A stretch of DNA of 63,878 bases, the filler included, from Octopus bimaculoides (taxonomy: Eukaryota): the NCBI RefSeq assembly GCF_001194135.2. It is 8 parts of 8 records of this genome, joined end to end, with 100 filler letters (N's around TTAATTAATTAA, not from the genome) between each part and the next. Parts side by side here need not be neighbours in the genome. Positions count along the whole stretch, not along the records: positions 1 to 19,212 come from NC_068990.1; 7 more parts are not named here. One strand, 5' to 3'. Below, in pieces: positions 1 to 13,384 of the stretch. Numbering within the stretch: the stretch's first letter is position 1; each line of letters opens with the position of its first letter. The translations under genes were made by a program, and so were the position numbers. The notes beneath the pieces are model-generated. The model was not told the DNA's origin, searched no databases, and saw only the letters and a program-made list of their open reading frames with translations.

Positions 1-1599
1 GACGTTAAACGATGATGATGATGATGATGATGATGTATATATATATATGTGTGTGTGTATAAAAATATATATGTATGCATGTATATATATGTATGTATTG
101 TATATACATATATTTATTCATATTTATATTTCTATATTTTTATACACTATAGATGCCACACCCACACACACATGCGTCAAAAAAAAAAACTACGAAGGAA
201 AATGTGATAATACCAAGAAAATGTTAACATGTTCAAACCAAATAAATGTTAACATGAGTTACAAGAAAAAAAAATTTCTTCCTTTCTCCCTAGGTTTCTC
301 TCTCTCTTTCCTTTCTTTTCCCCCATTTTTCTCTCTCTTTTTCTATCTGTCTGTTTTTTCTTTCTCTCCCCATCTCTCTCTCTCTCTCTCTCTCTCCCAT
401 CTATCTGCCTATTTTTCTTTCTCTCCCCATCTCCCTCTCTCCCTCTCTCTTACAGTATGTTGTATTTTAGAATCATTTAAATCTGCCATCTTTTCTTTGA
501 TTCATAAATTATACTGCAAAAGTAAAAGAATAGCTGTGAATAGATGAGTAATGAGTTTTTTAAATGTTGTATATANNNNNNNNNNNNNNNNNNNNNNNNN
601 NNNNNNNNNNNNNNNNNNNNNNNNNNNNNNNNNNNNNNNNNNNNNNNNNNNNNNNNNNNNNNNNNNNNNNNNNNNNNNNNNNNNNNNNNNNNNNNNNNNN
701 NNNNNNNNNNNNNNNNNNNNNNNNNNNNNNNNNNNNNNNNNNNNNNNNNNNNNNNNNNNNNNNNNNNNNNNNNNNNNNNNNNNNNNNNNNNNNNNNNNNN
801 NNNNNNNNNNNNNNNNNNNNNNNNNNNNNNNNNNNNNNNNNNNNNNNNNNNNNNNNNNNNNNNNNNNNNNNNNNNNNNNNNNNNNNNNNNNNNNNNNNNN
901 NNNNNNNNNNNNNNNNNNNNNNNNNNNNNNNNNNNNNNNNNNNNNNNNNNNNNNNNNNNNNNNNNNNNNNNNNNNNNNNNNNNNNNNNNNNNNNNNNNNN
1001 NNNNNNNNNNNNNNNNNNNNNNNNNNNNNNNNNNNNNNNNNNNNNNNNNNNNNNNNNNNNNNNNNNNNNNNNNNNNNNNNNNNNNNNNNNNNNNNNNNNN
1101 NNNNNNNNNNNNNNNNNNNNNNNNNNNNNNNNNNNNNNNNNNNNNNNNNNNNNNNNNNNNNNNNNNNNNNNNNNNNNNNNNNNNNNNNNNNNNNNNNNNN
1201 NNNNNNNNNNNNNNNNNNNNNNNNNNNNNNNNNNNTCTTGAGTCGTGCCAACTCGTCAGGGATGATTTTCCAATTTCATGGTATATATATTCTCCACCTG
1301 GATGAGACATCAGTCCATCACAAGATTGCTCATTTTTGCCAGCTGTGTGGACTGGAGCAACATGAAATGAAGTGTATTGCTCAAGAACACAATGCGTTGA
1401 TCAGTCTAGGAAATGAAACCACAATCTTGTGATCATGAGTCCAACACCCAAGCCACTAAGCTGTGTGCCTCCACCCTCAAGTTATGACATGATGATGAGT
1501 TCTAAAAAGAATGAAATACATGCTTACTTAAGACCAGAAATTCTAAGACCATTGTAATAAGTAATCAAAACAAACAAACAAAAAAAAGATATCAATTAA

Positions 1600-1680
1600 A
1601 TATGCATATTTAATGTGTCTTCTTAAATATATGCATATTTAATGTGTCTTCTTAAATATATGCATATTTAATGTGCCTTC
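1600..1680. repeat. 29-bp tandem repeat, about 2.8 copies
   Basis: atgcatatttaatgtgtcttcttaaatat starts at 1602, 1631 and 1660. Confidence 0.95.
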
Positions 1681-2214
1681 TTCCTTATTTGTTCTTTATT
1701 TCTTAATTTCAAATTTAAACCTCCAATCCCATCAAATATTGATTTCAAATTTTGATACAAGGCCAGCAATTTCAGGGGAAAGGATAAGTCAATTACATCA
1801 ACCCCAGCACTTAACTGTACTCGATTTATCAACCCCAAAAGGATGAAAGGCAAAGTCAACCTTGGTGGAATTTGAACTCAGAAAATAAAGACAAATGAAA
1901 TGCTGCTAAACATTTTGCCATGTGTGTTAACAATTCTACCAGCTCACTGGTTTTATCCTACCAATGAAGAAATGATTATCTCCCTCGTACTAACTGTGAT
2001 TATTTATTTAAATGTCTCAGCCCCAAAACGTTTTGCAAGTTCATTGGAAATTGTTTCAAGAAGCTAAGTCCTGTATAATTAAGTATCGATGTTGCAATGG
2101 TGCTTATCTGCCAATGGAAAATGCATACAGTTTACAAAGAATTGCTCAAGTACTCAATCCAGTCCTATAAGTATATGAAAATATCAGAGTATCACAGTAC
2201 TGGCCAGACCATCA

Positions 2215-2440
2215 GATGCTGTTAACACCACTGGTCACAATGCGTTTCCAGTTCTGTCTTGATTGTATCAGTCTTTACACAAATTGCTTAACTAGATCAT
2301 CTTCCCATTGTTGTGGAGGCCTTCCAAGTGATTTTTCTTGTTCTCTTGGATACCACCTGTTGTCTGTGGACCTTACATCATGTCCGACCCTGCAGAACGT
2401 GTGCTTTTGGAATTCGGTAAGGTCACATCATTCACTTCAC
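2215..2440 (-). mobile_element. RTE-type LINE C-terminal fragment of a different family
   Basis: Minus-strand translation VGHDVRSTDNRWYPREQEKSLGRPPQQWEDDLVKQF matches the RTE C-terminal GH..R..DNRW / GRPP.RW.DD motif. Confidence 0.75.
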
Positions 2441-3735
2441 TCCATTCTCAAATTACCTCATTTCAAAAACATAGAAATATATGAAAAGCAAAAAAAAAAA
2501 AAAAATAATAAGGAAACTTAACCACTTACAACTTTTCAAAAGTACAATACCGTTATCATCCCTTAAAAATACATTATTCCCTCCTTCTCTCAATACTAAC
2601 ACATGCACACACATGCACGCACGCATGCACACACACACACACGCACACACACACACGCATGCACACACACATGGGTAGTGGCATCTGTAGATCATTCTAT
2701 TTTGCACTGAACCTATATTAAACATCGTTCTAGCCTGCATTAGTTTATAGAACACAATTATTCACTTTGGCAATTACCATTTCACTGACTTCAGCTTAAA
2801 TACTACAGCTTTACTTTCAAAACTTATTTCCTTTGGTTCTTTTATCTGTTTTATTTGATACGTATGGTTTGATCACAGTCCAGAAACTGGTGACGACTTA
2901 ACCTGAAATGTATTTAGTGAAGCATAAAACTCCAGAAATAGACTACTCTCCATTACAGAAATTTAGGAGAGATATGGCTCTTTAACTCTTTGAAGACCAG
3001 AGAATCTACAGCCAAATTATTTGAAAATTCCTGACCATTAGCATGTTTTATACCTGCTATTTTTCTTTAACTCTTCAATAAAAGGATTCATAGAATGGTT
3101 ACAGTGTAATGGTTATTATTAGTATTAGCAGCAGCAATCACAGACATAAAAGTGGTTCACTCATTGACAAGAGAATTAACAGTTAAAATTCTGTATGTAG
3201 CTGTCTTTAAGAGTGTTGTCAACAGCTGTGAAGACTACTGGTGACTCTCATCCAAAGGAGAGTCACCTGATGGTATTCGGTTCTTAATTATATCCATTCA
3301 GGTTCTCTTATTCTGGTTGGATTTCATACTGGCGTAGTTCTACTTAGCTCTGCACACATACTTTCTAAGAGATGAGTCAACAGGTGAGCATTCATGCAGT
3401 CATTTAAACTGCAAAAAAATATCTGCCAATTTTTTCTCAGATCAGCACCTTAATGTTTGAAAAAAAAAAGGAAGGCATATCAAACAACATAATTGTAAAT
3501 ATACACAACAACAACAGCAACAATAATAATAATAATCCTTTTTAGTATTGGCATAAGGCCTGAAATTTTGGGGTAGGGACTAGTTGATTTCATTGACCCA
3601 GGGTTTCACTGGTACTTAATTTATCAAATTTGAAAGGTTGAAAGGCAAAGTTGAGCTCGGCAGAATTTGAACTCAGAACATAGTGATATGCAAAATACAG
3701 CTAAGTATTTCACCCAGCATGCTCACAATTCTGCC

Positions 3736-3776
<41 letters not shown>

Positions 3777-3994
3777 TTTCAAATTTTAGCACAAGACCAG
3801 TAATTTTGTGGGGGGAGTAAGTTGATTACATTGATCCCAGTCTTCAACTGGTCCTTATCTTATCAATCCCGAAAGGATGAAAGGTAAAGCTGACCTCGGT
3901 GGAATTTGAACTCAGAACATGAAGTCAGATGAAATACCACTAAGCCTTTTGCTCGGCATGCTAACGATTTTGCTAGCTCTAATAATGATAATAA

Positions 3995-4210
3995 TAAATC
4001 AGGGACCTTTTGAGTGGGATGGGCTACTCGACCTGAAGAAAATTCTCACATGCGCTGTTTATCTTGATGTGAGATCATCATGTAGTGCACATACGGTTAT
4101 GATACATGTGTCTGGTGTACCCTTATCAGATGGGTAGTCATAATAGGTACAGAGGCTTCATTTATTTGTACTTCAGCTTCACTTTGATGGTATGTGCTGC
4201 TCTCTCACTC
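3995..4210 (+). mobile_element. Family F 3' part between (AAT)n tracts
   Basis: Reverse-complement match to 46608-46760 with an internal deletion of about 20 bp. (AAT)n on both sides. Confidence 0.8.
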
Positions 4211-4253
<43 letters not shown>

Positions 4254-4721
4254 GTCATAATAATCACAAGATATCAGGAGGAATACAAAGGAAAGGGTAA
4301 TAGAATGCTCAGTAGTAGTATTAGATAGTTGAAAAGAACAGACAGCATGGTATCTTAGGCTACAGGTAGCAAAACCACTAAGCATGCAAGATTCTAGGAG
4401 TTCGGGAATAAAACATAAGTCAAAAGAAAAAATAATAATAATAGCAATAAATATAACAACGATGACAACAACAACAACAATAACAATAAAAATAATTGAA
4501 CAAAAAATAATAGGTTTATCATGGATAGAATGTTAATTTAGGGTTAAACAACAACGACAACAAGAATAACAACTTTGCAGGAATTCAAGTTTGGCAATGT
4601 AAGGAACTTCTGCTTTCAGGATGTATAAATGACTCAGTTTGTCAACAAAGATAAATCCAGTTTGTCAAAAACAATTGATCCAGTTTATCAAATTATTAAA
4701 TTTTTTCTTTTAATGTTTTGT

Positions 4722-5186
4722 AGTACAGTTCTATATATAAGAGATGAGGAATTATGTACAATATTTACATTATTTACAATTGACGGATATTTGTTTCCAT
4801 CTTGTTTGCTGTTAACACAATGTTTCGGCTGGTATACCCTCCAGCCTTCATCAGGTGCCTTGGGGAAATTTCAAACCTGGGTTCTCATTCCTAAGGTATT
4901 TATCGATGTTGTTGTTATTATTAGTATTCAGGTCACTGCCTGGAATCGAACTTGGAATCTTGGAGTTAGTAGCCCATGCTCTTAATTACTATGCCATATG
5001 CCCACGGGCATATGGCATAATAATAATAATAACAACATCGAAAAATACCTTAGGAATGAGAACCCAGGTTCGAAATTTCCCCAAGACACCAGAAGCGGGC
5101 TGGAGGGTATATCAGCTGAAACGCTGTGTTAACAACAAACAAGATGAGGACAAATATCCATCAATTGTAAATAATGTAAATTAATG
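4722..5186. mobile_element. Fold-back element with tRNA-like head and hammerhead-like motifs in both arms
   Basis: 4764-4925 is the reverse complement of about 5015-5180. The centre is a 14-bp-arm palindrome, tatgccatatgccc-ac-gggcatatggcata (4990-5019). Minus-strand 4930-5003 has A-box-like (TGGCATAGTAA) and B-box-like (AGTTCGATTCC) sequences. A hammerhead core lies at 4814-4860 (-) and a degenerate one at 5085-5130 (+). Confidence 0.8.
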
Positions 5187-5264
5187 TTTTGTGTTTTAAA
5201 TTTTCTGGACTCCTTTAGATTTCAGCATAATTCTCATACATAGGAGCATACATGCAAAAGTATA

Positions 5265-5660
5265 TAGGGTGCAGGTGGTATTAAAGGACATATTTGGTAA
5301 TCTAATAAAACAACTTTTATCTAGTAAAAGCCAAATGAATTTTAATAGAAAAAAAATTATGTACATGTTCTTGATAAGATTTCTTATAATGTTATTCTAT
5401 AAATCCACTTTCAGTTTTGATGGTTGCTTTGATGCAGGACTGGAATCGTCAACAGGCCTGCACTAAACTGTTTTAATTTATTCTGGACATCAGCTGGACA
5501 ACAGTGGCTTTTGGTGAATCAATGGTCTTTGCGACGAGCTTGATTAGTCGCTCTTTCAACAATGCTGCAAATGTAGTAGTCCATGAGATTTAAATCTGGT
5601 AACTTTGCAGGTTGTGAGTTTAGTGTTTCATGACCATAAAGCATGTCTCACACCAATTGT
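5265..5660 (-). mobile_element. Older maT-like transposase C-terminal remnant
   Basis: Minus strand PDLNLMDYYICSIVERATNQ..VQAC*RFQSCIKATIKTESGFIE* (stop 5392-5394). Possible ta|tagggtg terminus at about 5265. Confidence 0.7.
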
Positions 5661-6166
5661 TGGGTTATGTGCACTTTTTGAAAAAGTGCTGAGTCATGAT
5701 AAATATAATTGATAAAACTATACTGAGTTTATTATTATCAATAACTGGTTTTGTGATTGATTATTCTGTAATTGTGCTCAGAAGTAATGTATTCAATTAC
5801 TAAACAGGCTCAGTTAAATATTATGATGGAATAAAAAGGTAACTGCTGTTGGCAGGAACACCGAGTTACTAAATTCTGGTAGGGACACTGTATTTCATTT
5901 TGCAATTATTAATATACTTCCAAGTATATTGAAGGTTTATAAGACAAAACTGTGTCCTACTTGTGTTAGCAGTGCAATTCATTCACTTTTTTAAGTTAAC
6001 TCTTACAAATTGTCTATTGAATTTAGATCCAGCGCTGAAAGTTAAAGTGTTTCATGTAAGAATACATCTATGTAAACAACGGGATCAAAGATAGCAAAAT
6101 AGGTAATGGGTGTATATGCATATTTCAAGAGTTCATTCTCCTTCTTCAGCACCACATCCAACACCC

Positions 6167-6431
6167 TTAACCATCCACAAACACATTGCTTAAATAGCCA
6201 TTAAATTTAGTGGTGTTACATAACTGGATATACCAATTTTACATGTTAAATATATTCCTAGCAACTGGTATATATATTATGGTTGCATAATGCAATACGG
6301 TGTCCTTACCAGCAATTGATACGTACATACCAACTACCAGGAATGTTCTTAATATGTAAAATTGGTATATCCAGTTGTGTAACATTGCTAAATTTAATGG
6401 CTGTTTAAGCAATGAGTTAGTGGATGGTTAA
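6167..6431. mobile_element. MITE with about 100-bp terminal inverted repeats and TTAA flanks
   Basis: 6171-6270 is the reverse complement of about 6326-6427 (ccatccac..ggatataccaattttacat / atgtaaaattggtatatcc..gtggatgg). TTAA at 6167-6170 and 6428-6431. Confidence 0.85.
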
Positions 6432-6628
6432 TGAATTGGCTGGTGAAAGAGCAAGCACTCCTGAAATATGCATGTACACCCATTAAATATTTTCTATTTT
6501 CTATTGCATTGTATACATAGCTGTATTCATATATGAAATGCTGTAATTTTAAATGCTGGTTCTAAATTCTATTGAAAATCTGTAGAGATAACTTAAATGA
6601 TTATAGTTAAACTCTATATTGAATCTCT

Positions 6629-7010
6629 GGAGGTGCAATGGCCCAGTAGTTAGGCAGTGGACTCGCAGTTATAGGATCGCGCTTTCGATTCCCAGACCGG
6701 GCGTTGTGAGTGTTTATTGAGCGAAAACACCTAAAGCTCCACAAGGCTCCGCAGGGGATGGTGGCGAACCTTGCTGTACTCTTCCACCACAACTTTCTCT
6801 CACTTTTACTTCCTGTTTTTGTTGTGCCTGTAATTCAAAGAGCCAGCCTTGTCACACTATGTCATGCTGAATATCCCTGAGAATTACGTTAAGGGTACAC
6901 GTGTCTGTGGAGTGCTCAGCCACATGCACGTTAATTTCACAAGCAGGCTGTTCCGTTGATCGGATCAACTGGAACCCTCGACGTCATAAGCAACGGAGTG
7001 CCAACAACAA
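6629..7010 (+). mobile_element. Full-length tRNA-derived SINE, family C
   Basis: tRNA-like head (tggcccagtagttagg..tttcgattcc), (CAA)n tail, about 12-bp TSD atattga(a/g)tctc. Confidence 0.9.
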
Positions 7011-7719
7011 ATATTGAGTCTCCAAAAGCATCTGTCTGTGGTTGTTTCTGTGGTACTTAAGTGGATGTGAGTACAAGATTCTTCACCAAATGATAATGTC
7101 ATGGTTAACTCACAATTGCTATTAGTATGCACTATCAGTTGAGTCGGCTGAAGTAAGGTGAAACAAATCTCAGTGAATCACTTAACTACGCAATCCATGC
7201 TAACTCATAATATATTATAGCAAAAACATATGCATACATAACTTTGTAAAAGTATGTGTGTGTGCATGTGTGTTTATGTGTGTGTGTATTTGTGTATGTG
7301 TGTATGTGCATGCACATTTATGTGTGTGTATGCATGTGTGTATATGTGTGCATGTATGTGTATTTATGTGTGTGTTTGTGCATGTGTATGTATGCATCCA
7401 TTTATGTGTGTATACGTGTGTGTGTGTGTGGATTTATGTGTAGAGTGCATGGGAGTATAGTTATGCATTAGACATTCATTCTGAGGCATGTCTAAGAGTG
7501 ACTAATTAAAGTAATTCACTATTAATGAGTGATTACCAGTTTGAATTTATTAATGAGCCAACAACACTAATCCTATACCATGCTATGATATCAAACTGAA
7601 TATATAACGATGAAACTTCTGTGAAATACTGAAAAAACGATGAGTAATATGAAATGATACTTTTTTTTTCCTATTAGATAAGGAAATATCTATTTCAGTG
7701 GTCAGTGAGACACTAATCA

Positions 7720-8102
7720 CTATTTACTTAAGACCTTTGTTCCATAGGGAACAAAGGTCATTGACAACTTTTCTTGGCTGTTCTCAACGTTGGACTGTAC
7801 TGTCCTTCCTGTTTTATACATTGTCCTACTGTTTCCCAAGGAAGGCCTTCTTTTCTCAGATCTTGTTGGTTCTGTAATAATCATTGAGGCTTTTGTAACC
7901 TTGCCTTTTCTAGATTGGGGCTTTTGTTCTGACACAAACCAGTTTTTACCTCCAAAGAAAAGGTTGTCCATATTACTGTGGCCTCTATCTTTTAACCTGT
8001 CTAGCATGGCATTCCCACCTCCCAGGAACTTGTACTCTACTTGCATAGCTCTCAGTGTCATTGAGGCATACATACTTCTATGTTGTGGCAACAGCTGGAC
8101 CC
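7720..8102 (-). CDS. Candidate terminal exon or TE-derived ORF of unknown identity
   Basis: Acceptor-like cccctgcag|G at about 8102, then about 127 open codons of non-repetitive sequence to TAG at 7720. An antisense ORF (7790-8170) is also open. No recognisable domain. Confidence 0.2.
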
Positions 8103-8263
8103 TGCAGGGGATACTAACCACTAAGAACACAATGTCTAATTTATTTGGGTGTAGAAATATAACTTCTTAGCTACAACAATCTCTTCAATTGTTATATCTC
8201 AATGGACATGATTCCTCACCATATATGGAATTTTAAAATCAATATACTATTAATTGTATCTAG

Positions 8264-8303
<40 letters not shown>

Positions 8304-8439
8304 TTAATGTTCGTTTTCCATTCTGGCGTGGGTTATACAATTTGACAGGAGCTGCACCAGGTTCCATTGTCTGTTTTGGTAAGGTTTCTATAGCTGGATG
8401 CCCTTCTACACACCAACCACTTTACAAAGTATACTGGGT

Positions 8440-8750
8440 GCTTTTTATGTGGTACCGGCATGGAAACTTTTTATATGGTACCAGCATGGTCACTTTTTAT
8501 GTGGTGCTAGCATGGTTTTTTTTTACATGACACCAGCATCAGTACTTTTTATGTGGCACCATCACCAATGCTTTTTTTATGTGGCACCAGCACCAGTGCT
8601 TTTTATTTGGCACCATCACTAGTGATTTTTTATGTGTCACCATCACCACTGATTTTTATGTGGCACCATCACCAGTGCTCGTTACATGGCACCATCGTGG
8701 GTGATTTTCATGTGGCACCAGCACTAGTGCTTTTTACATTGCACCATAAG
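8440..8750. repeat. Minisatellite, about 11 units of 26-28 bp
   Basis: Repeating atgtggcaccatcaccagtgcttttt, growing directly out of the RTE-tail-like repeat at 8270-8460. Confidence 0.9.
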
Positions 8751-9240
8751 AAAGAACATAGATATACTGCTAGCCAGCATCAATTTACCAAATACAATTA
8801 TACACAATTCATTCTATACATGATTATTATGATTGATTTCATGTCAATCACATTGTTCATATTGTAATTCATCAATCATTTCATCATGATATGGAAAGAT
8901 TTAATGTGGATTTACTAACAAAACCATTCTTTACTGAGGTGGTCTGATAAGACTGAAACATGTCTGAAGCTGTTATTATACTTAGCAACGATCAGTCATA
9001 CATCCCACTGCATACTTCTATTCAATTTTTTATAAATTTGGATTTTGAAGTTGTCTCCTTTATCATTCTGGACAAGAATTCTTACTAATGCTAACAACTT
9101 TTTTCTTTATTGCGTAACTGTGATGGTAAGAATTATCCTTCCCAAACACATTGTTTCAGGTTCAATCTCTTCTACTGCAGTCCTGTGCTAACTAAAGCCG
9201 TATAAGTGGATTTGGTTGATGGAAACTGAAAAAAGCCAGT

Positions 9241-9281
<41 letters not shown>

Positions 9282-9614
9282 GTGTGTGTGTGCATGTGTG
9301 TGTGTGTGTGTGTGTGTGTGTTTCTGTTTGTGATTGTCCCTCACCACTGCTTGACAACTGGTATTGGTTTGTTTATATCCTCGTAACTTAGTGGTTTGGT
9401 AAAAAGAATCTGATAGAATAAGTATGAGGCATAAAAATGATACTACTGTTGACTTGTTTGACTAAAAGATCTTCATGGTGGTGCCCCAGCATGACAGCAG
9501 CACAATAACTGAAACAAGTAAAAAATAAAAGATAAGTTTTCTTTCATTTTAAGTCTAATTTTAATTAATTACCTACTGTTTAGGCTTACTTTTAATTAAA
9601 TTTCATTTAATCAT

Positions 9615-9921
9615 TTTAACAGAGATTTTAGTATCTAGACCAACCATATCTGACCCAAATATTCAGACAACCCTACAATGTCATTCTAAACACGAACAGT
9701 CACACCAAAATTTCAAAGCTACAAGATAATTTATGATTAATTGAATGTGAAAAAATAAATAGGTGTGACTGTGTGTGGTGAGAAGCTTACTTCCCAGTCA
9801 TATGATTCCAGGTTCAGTTCCACAACATGGCACCTTAGACAAGTGTCTTCTACTATAACCTTGTGAGTGGATTTGCTAGATGGAAACAGAAAGAAGCCAA
9901 TCACACACACATATATATGTG

Positions 9922-10011
<90 letters not shown>

Positions 10012-10295
10012 TGTATGTATGTGTCTATGTGTCTGTACCTCTATGTCTGTGTTTCCCCACCCCCATTTGACTCCTGATGTTGGTGTGTTTATGTACCCGT
10101 AACTTAGTAGTTCACCAAAAAGATATTTGATACAATAAATACTAGGCTTAAAAAAAATACATCGTGGGGTTGATTTGTTTGACTAAATTCCTTCAAGGTG
10201 GTGCCCCAGCATAGTCAAATGACTGAAACAAGTAAAAGATAAAAGATAAAAGATTGCATTTTGACAGAGTAACCTGAACTGAACACTAAAGGGTC
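9615..10295. mobile_element. Degraded MITE split by a SINE insertion (9760-10252)
   Basis: Left part ..ccctacaatgtcattcta..; right part gcatttgacagagtaacctga..ctaaagggtcaa, resembling the aaagggttaa ends of the other MITEs. Family identity is partly from recall. Confidence 0.45.
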
Positions 10296-10921
10296 AAACT
10301 ATATGGTTTAGATATGACCACAACTGAAAATTCCTTACTGAAGAATTGTGGATCCCTAAAAAAAAAATATGACTTAGCATCACACTCAATTCCTTTCCAA
10401 AATTAATTTTGTGTGAAACCTAAGTTATGACTTATTAGTTTCTAGTGTTTTAGAAACAAATTATCTTCTTGGTAATTAGAGGCATTGTTTCTATTGCTTC
10501 ATGAGATTGAAACATTCTCCCATTCGTTTTCCTTCTGTGACAGAATTTTGTACTTTTACATTTCTGAGGCATTATCTTTGTTCTTAAGATGTTCTTAGTG
10601 GTTTGTGTCTTGCTAACCAATCAAATTGCTATTTCCTTACCTTACAAGAAAAAAAAAAAGCTATCATTTCCTATTACTCATGGTTTTTCAATAGTTCACA
10701 GAACTTGCATCATTATATATTCCGTCTGAAAGCATAACATGGTGCTTAATGCTGTTTGTTCATCAATGGAGTCAGTCAAACTAGTAAACAATTGTTAAGA
10801 GTCGAGTAATTTTTATTGCTCTTCCTTAGACATGCCTCAAACTGAGTGTTAAATGCATAACCACATGCATACACACACTCATAGAAATATACACACAAGT
10901 GCATACATATGCGCACACAAA

Positions 10922-10981
<60 letters not shown>

Positions 10982-11124
10982 GACATATATATGTATATAT
11001 ACTTACATATATGTATACATGTGTGTGTGTGTGTGTATATATGCGTATATATGTACATGCTTATGAGTACATACATATATACATTAATATATATACATAT
11101 ATATATATTTATTTATTTATTTAT

Positions 11125-13046
11125 GTAGCCAGAGGGGAAGCAGATAAGAAAAAAATTGCCAATGTTCTGTGCTGTAAGGACCAAAGACTTGAAGTATTTT
11201 GTGTTGCAAGACAGTATATGAGAGAGAATCGTGATGCCGTAGGAGAAAAATGTGTCCACATGGATGATGGTTCACTTGCACTAAATGAGGCTGCAAAGAG
11301 ACAGGTTTGGAGACACCACTATAAAAGGTTGCTCAATAAAGAGAATGAATGGGAGAAAGAGAGTCTGCCAAATGTCGACCCAACAGAGGGACCAGCTATC
11401 CGAGTTGACAGTACCTTGGTAGATAAAGCAATTAAGAGTATGAAGACAGGGAAAGCCCCCGGCCTATCAGAAATCACCATAGAGGTGCTCAAAATATCTG
11501 GCAGTGTCGGCTATAGCCTAGTCACCCTTATAGTTAACCAGGTGATACACGAAGGAGTCATACCAATGGCTGATGTAGCAGCACCATAGTCAACTGCTAC
11601 AAAGGTAAAGGTGACGCTTTAGATACAAATAATTACAGCGGTATCAAGTTATTGGATCAGGTAACGAAGGTCACTGAGAGGGTCATAGCCCAACTAATTA
11701 GGGAGAGAGTCAGTTTAAATGAGATGCAGTTTGTGTTCATGCCAGGGAAAAGCACCACTGATGCTATATCTCTGGTAAGATAGCTGCAGGGGAAATACCT
11801 AACCAAAGATAAACCTCTTTACCTGGCTTTCGTTGACATGGAGAAAGCCTCTAACAAGGTTCCCTGATCCCTTATCTGGTGGTCAATGTGGAAACTAGGG
11901 ATAGATGAATGGTTAGTGAGAACTGTGCAAGCCATGAACAGGGACACTGTCAGTAAGGTGCGGGTTGACAACGAGTACAGTGAAGAATTTTGGGTAGAGG
12001 TAGGGGTCCACCAAGGTTCAGTCCTCAGCACCCTACTATTTATCATAGTCCTCCAGGCAATAACAGAGGAATTCAAGACAGGATACCCCTGGGAGCTCCT
12101 CTATGCTGATGACCTTGCTCTAATTGATGATTTACTATCAGAACTAGAAGAGAAGTTTCAGGTGTGGAAGCAAGAATTAGAATCAAAGGGCCTTAGAGTC
12201 AACCTAGCTAAAACCAAAGTCCTAATAAGTAGGAAGGCAGACAAACCACAAATCCCTTCAGGTAGATGGCCCTGCTTGATCCGTAGAAAAGATGTAGGTA
12301 GAAACTCTATAAGATGTACCCAGTGTAAGCTATGGACACATAAGAGGTGCAGCAATATCAAAGGAAGGATAACTGGGAAGATAGTTTTTGAATGTGACAG
12401 ATGCTCAGGAGCAATAAACACTGAAAATGTGCAGAGAACTTCTGCTACATTCCAGGGAGAAAAGCTAGAAATAGTTGATAGCTTCCATTACGTAAGTGAC
12501 CAAATCAGTAGTGGCGGGTGGGTGCTCTGAAAGTGTAGCTGCTAGAATAAGAATAGCCTGGGCAAAGTTCAGAGAGCTCCTACCTCTGCTGGTGACAAAG
12601 GGCCTCTCACTCAGAGTAAAAGGCAGACTGTATGACGCATGTGTACGAACAGCCATGCTACATGACAGTGAAACATGGGCCATGACTGCTGAGGACATGC
12701 GTAAGCTTGCAAGGAATGAAGCCAGTATGCTCCGCTAGATGTGTAATGTCAGTGTGCATACACAACAGAGTGTAAATGCCATGAGAGAAAAGTTGGACCT
12801 AAGAAGTATCAGATGTGGTGTGCAAGAGAGACAACTGTGCTGGTATGGTCATGTGGTGAGAATGGAAGAGGATAACTGCGTGAAAAAGTACCATACCCTA
12901 GCGGTTGAGGGAACTTGTGGAAGAGGTAGACCCAGGAAGACTTGGGATGAGGTGGTGAAGCACGACCTTCGAACATTAGGCCTCACCGAGGCAATGACTA
13001 GTGACCAAGACCTTTAGAAATATGCTGTGCTTGAGAAGACCCGGCA
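11125..13046 (+). mobile_element. 5'-truncated, decayed RTE-clade LINE ORF2 (reverse transcriptase)
   Basis: Broken reading frame: KAIKSMKTGKAPG, AFVDMEKA, VGVHQGSVLS, ELLYADDLAL, GLRVNLAKTK, C-terminal WYGHVVRM..GRGRPRKTWDEVV. Multiple stops and frameshifts. Confidence 0.93.
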
Positions 13047-13314
13047 CACAGTCATCTGAATTGACCATAAGGATCAGTCCTGCAGTTGCTGAATTAATTC
13101 TGGCATGTGACACACTCAGAATGCTTGCTGTGTCCTTTCATGCTGGTCACAGCTTCAGAATCTCAGCTGTTCATGTCAGGTTTTACAACATTTACACTGT
13201 TCTCAGGGCATTGAGCAGCAATCATGATGTTGGTATTTTGATACCCAGGGCAAATCATTATGATACAGGTAACACTTTTCCAATATTCAGATGGTAGGAG
13301 TTGATATTGCATGC

Positions 13315-13348
<34 letters not shown>

Positions 13349-13384
13349 TTGTGTCATTATTGCCAGAGCAGCTGTCTGGCTTAG

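Noticed and set aside
6629-6705. tRNA-like sequences at SINE heads (also 4930-5003, 26792, 52340)
   Set aside because: They lack a proper acceptor stem and run into repeat bodies, so they are SINE promoters rather than tRNA genes.
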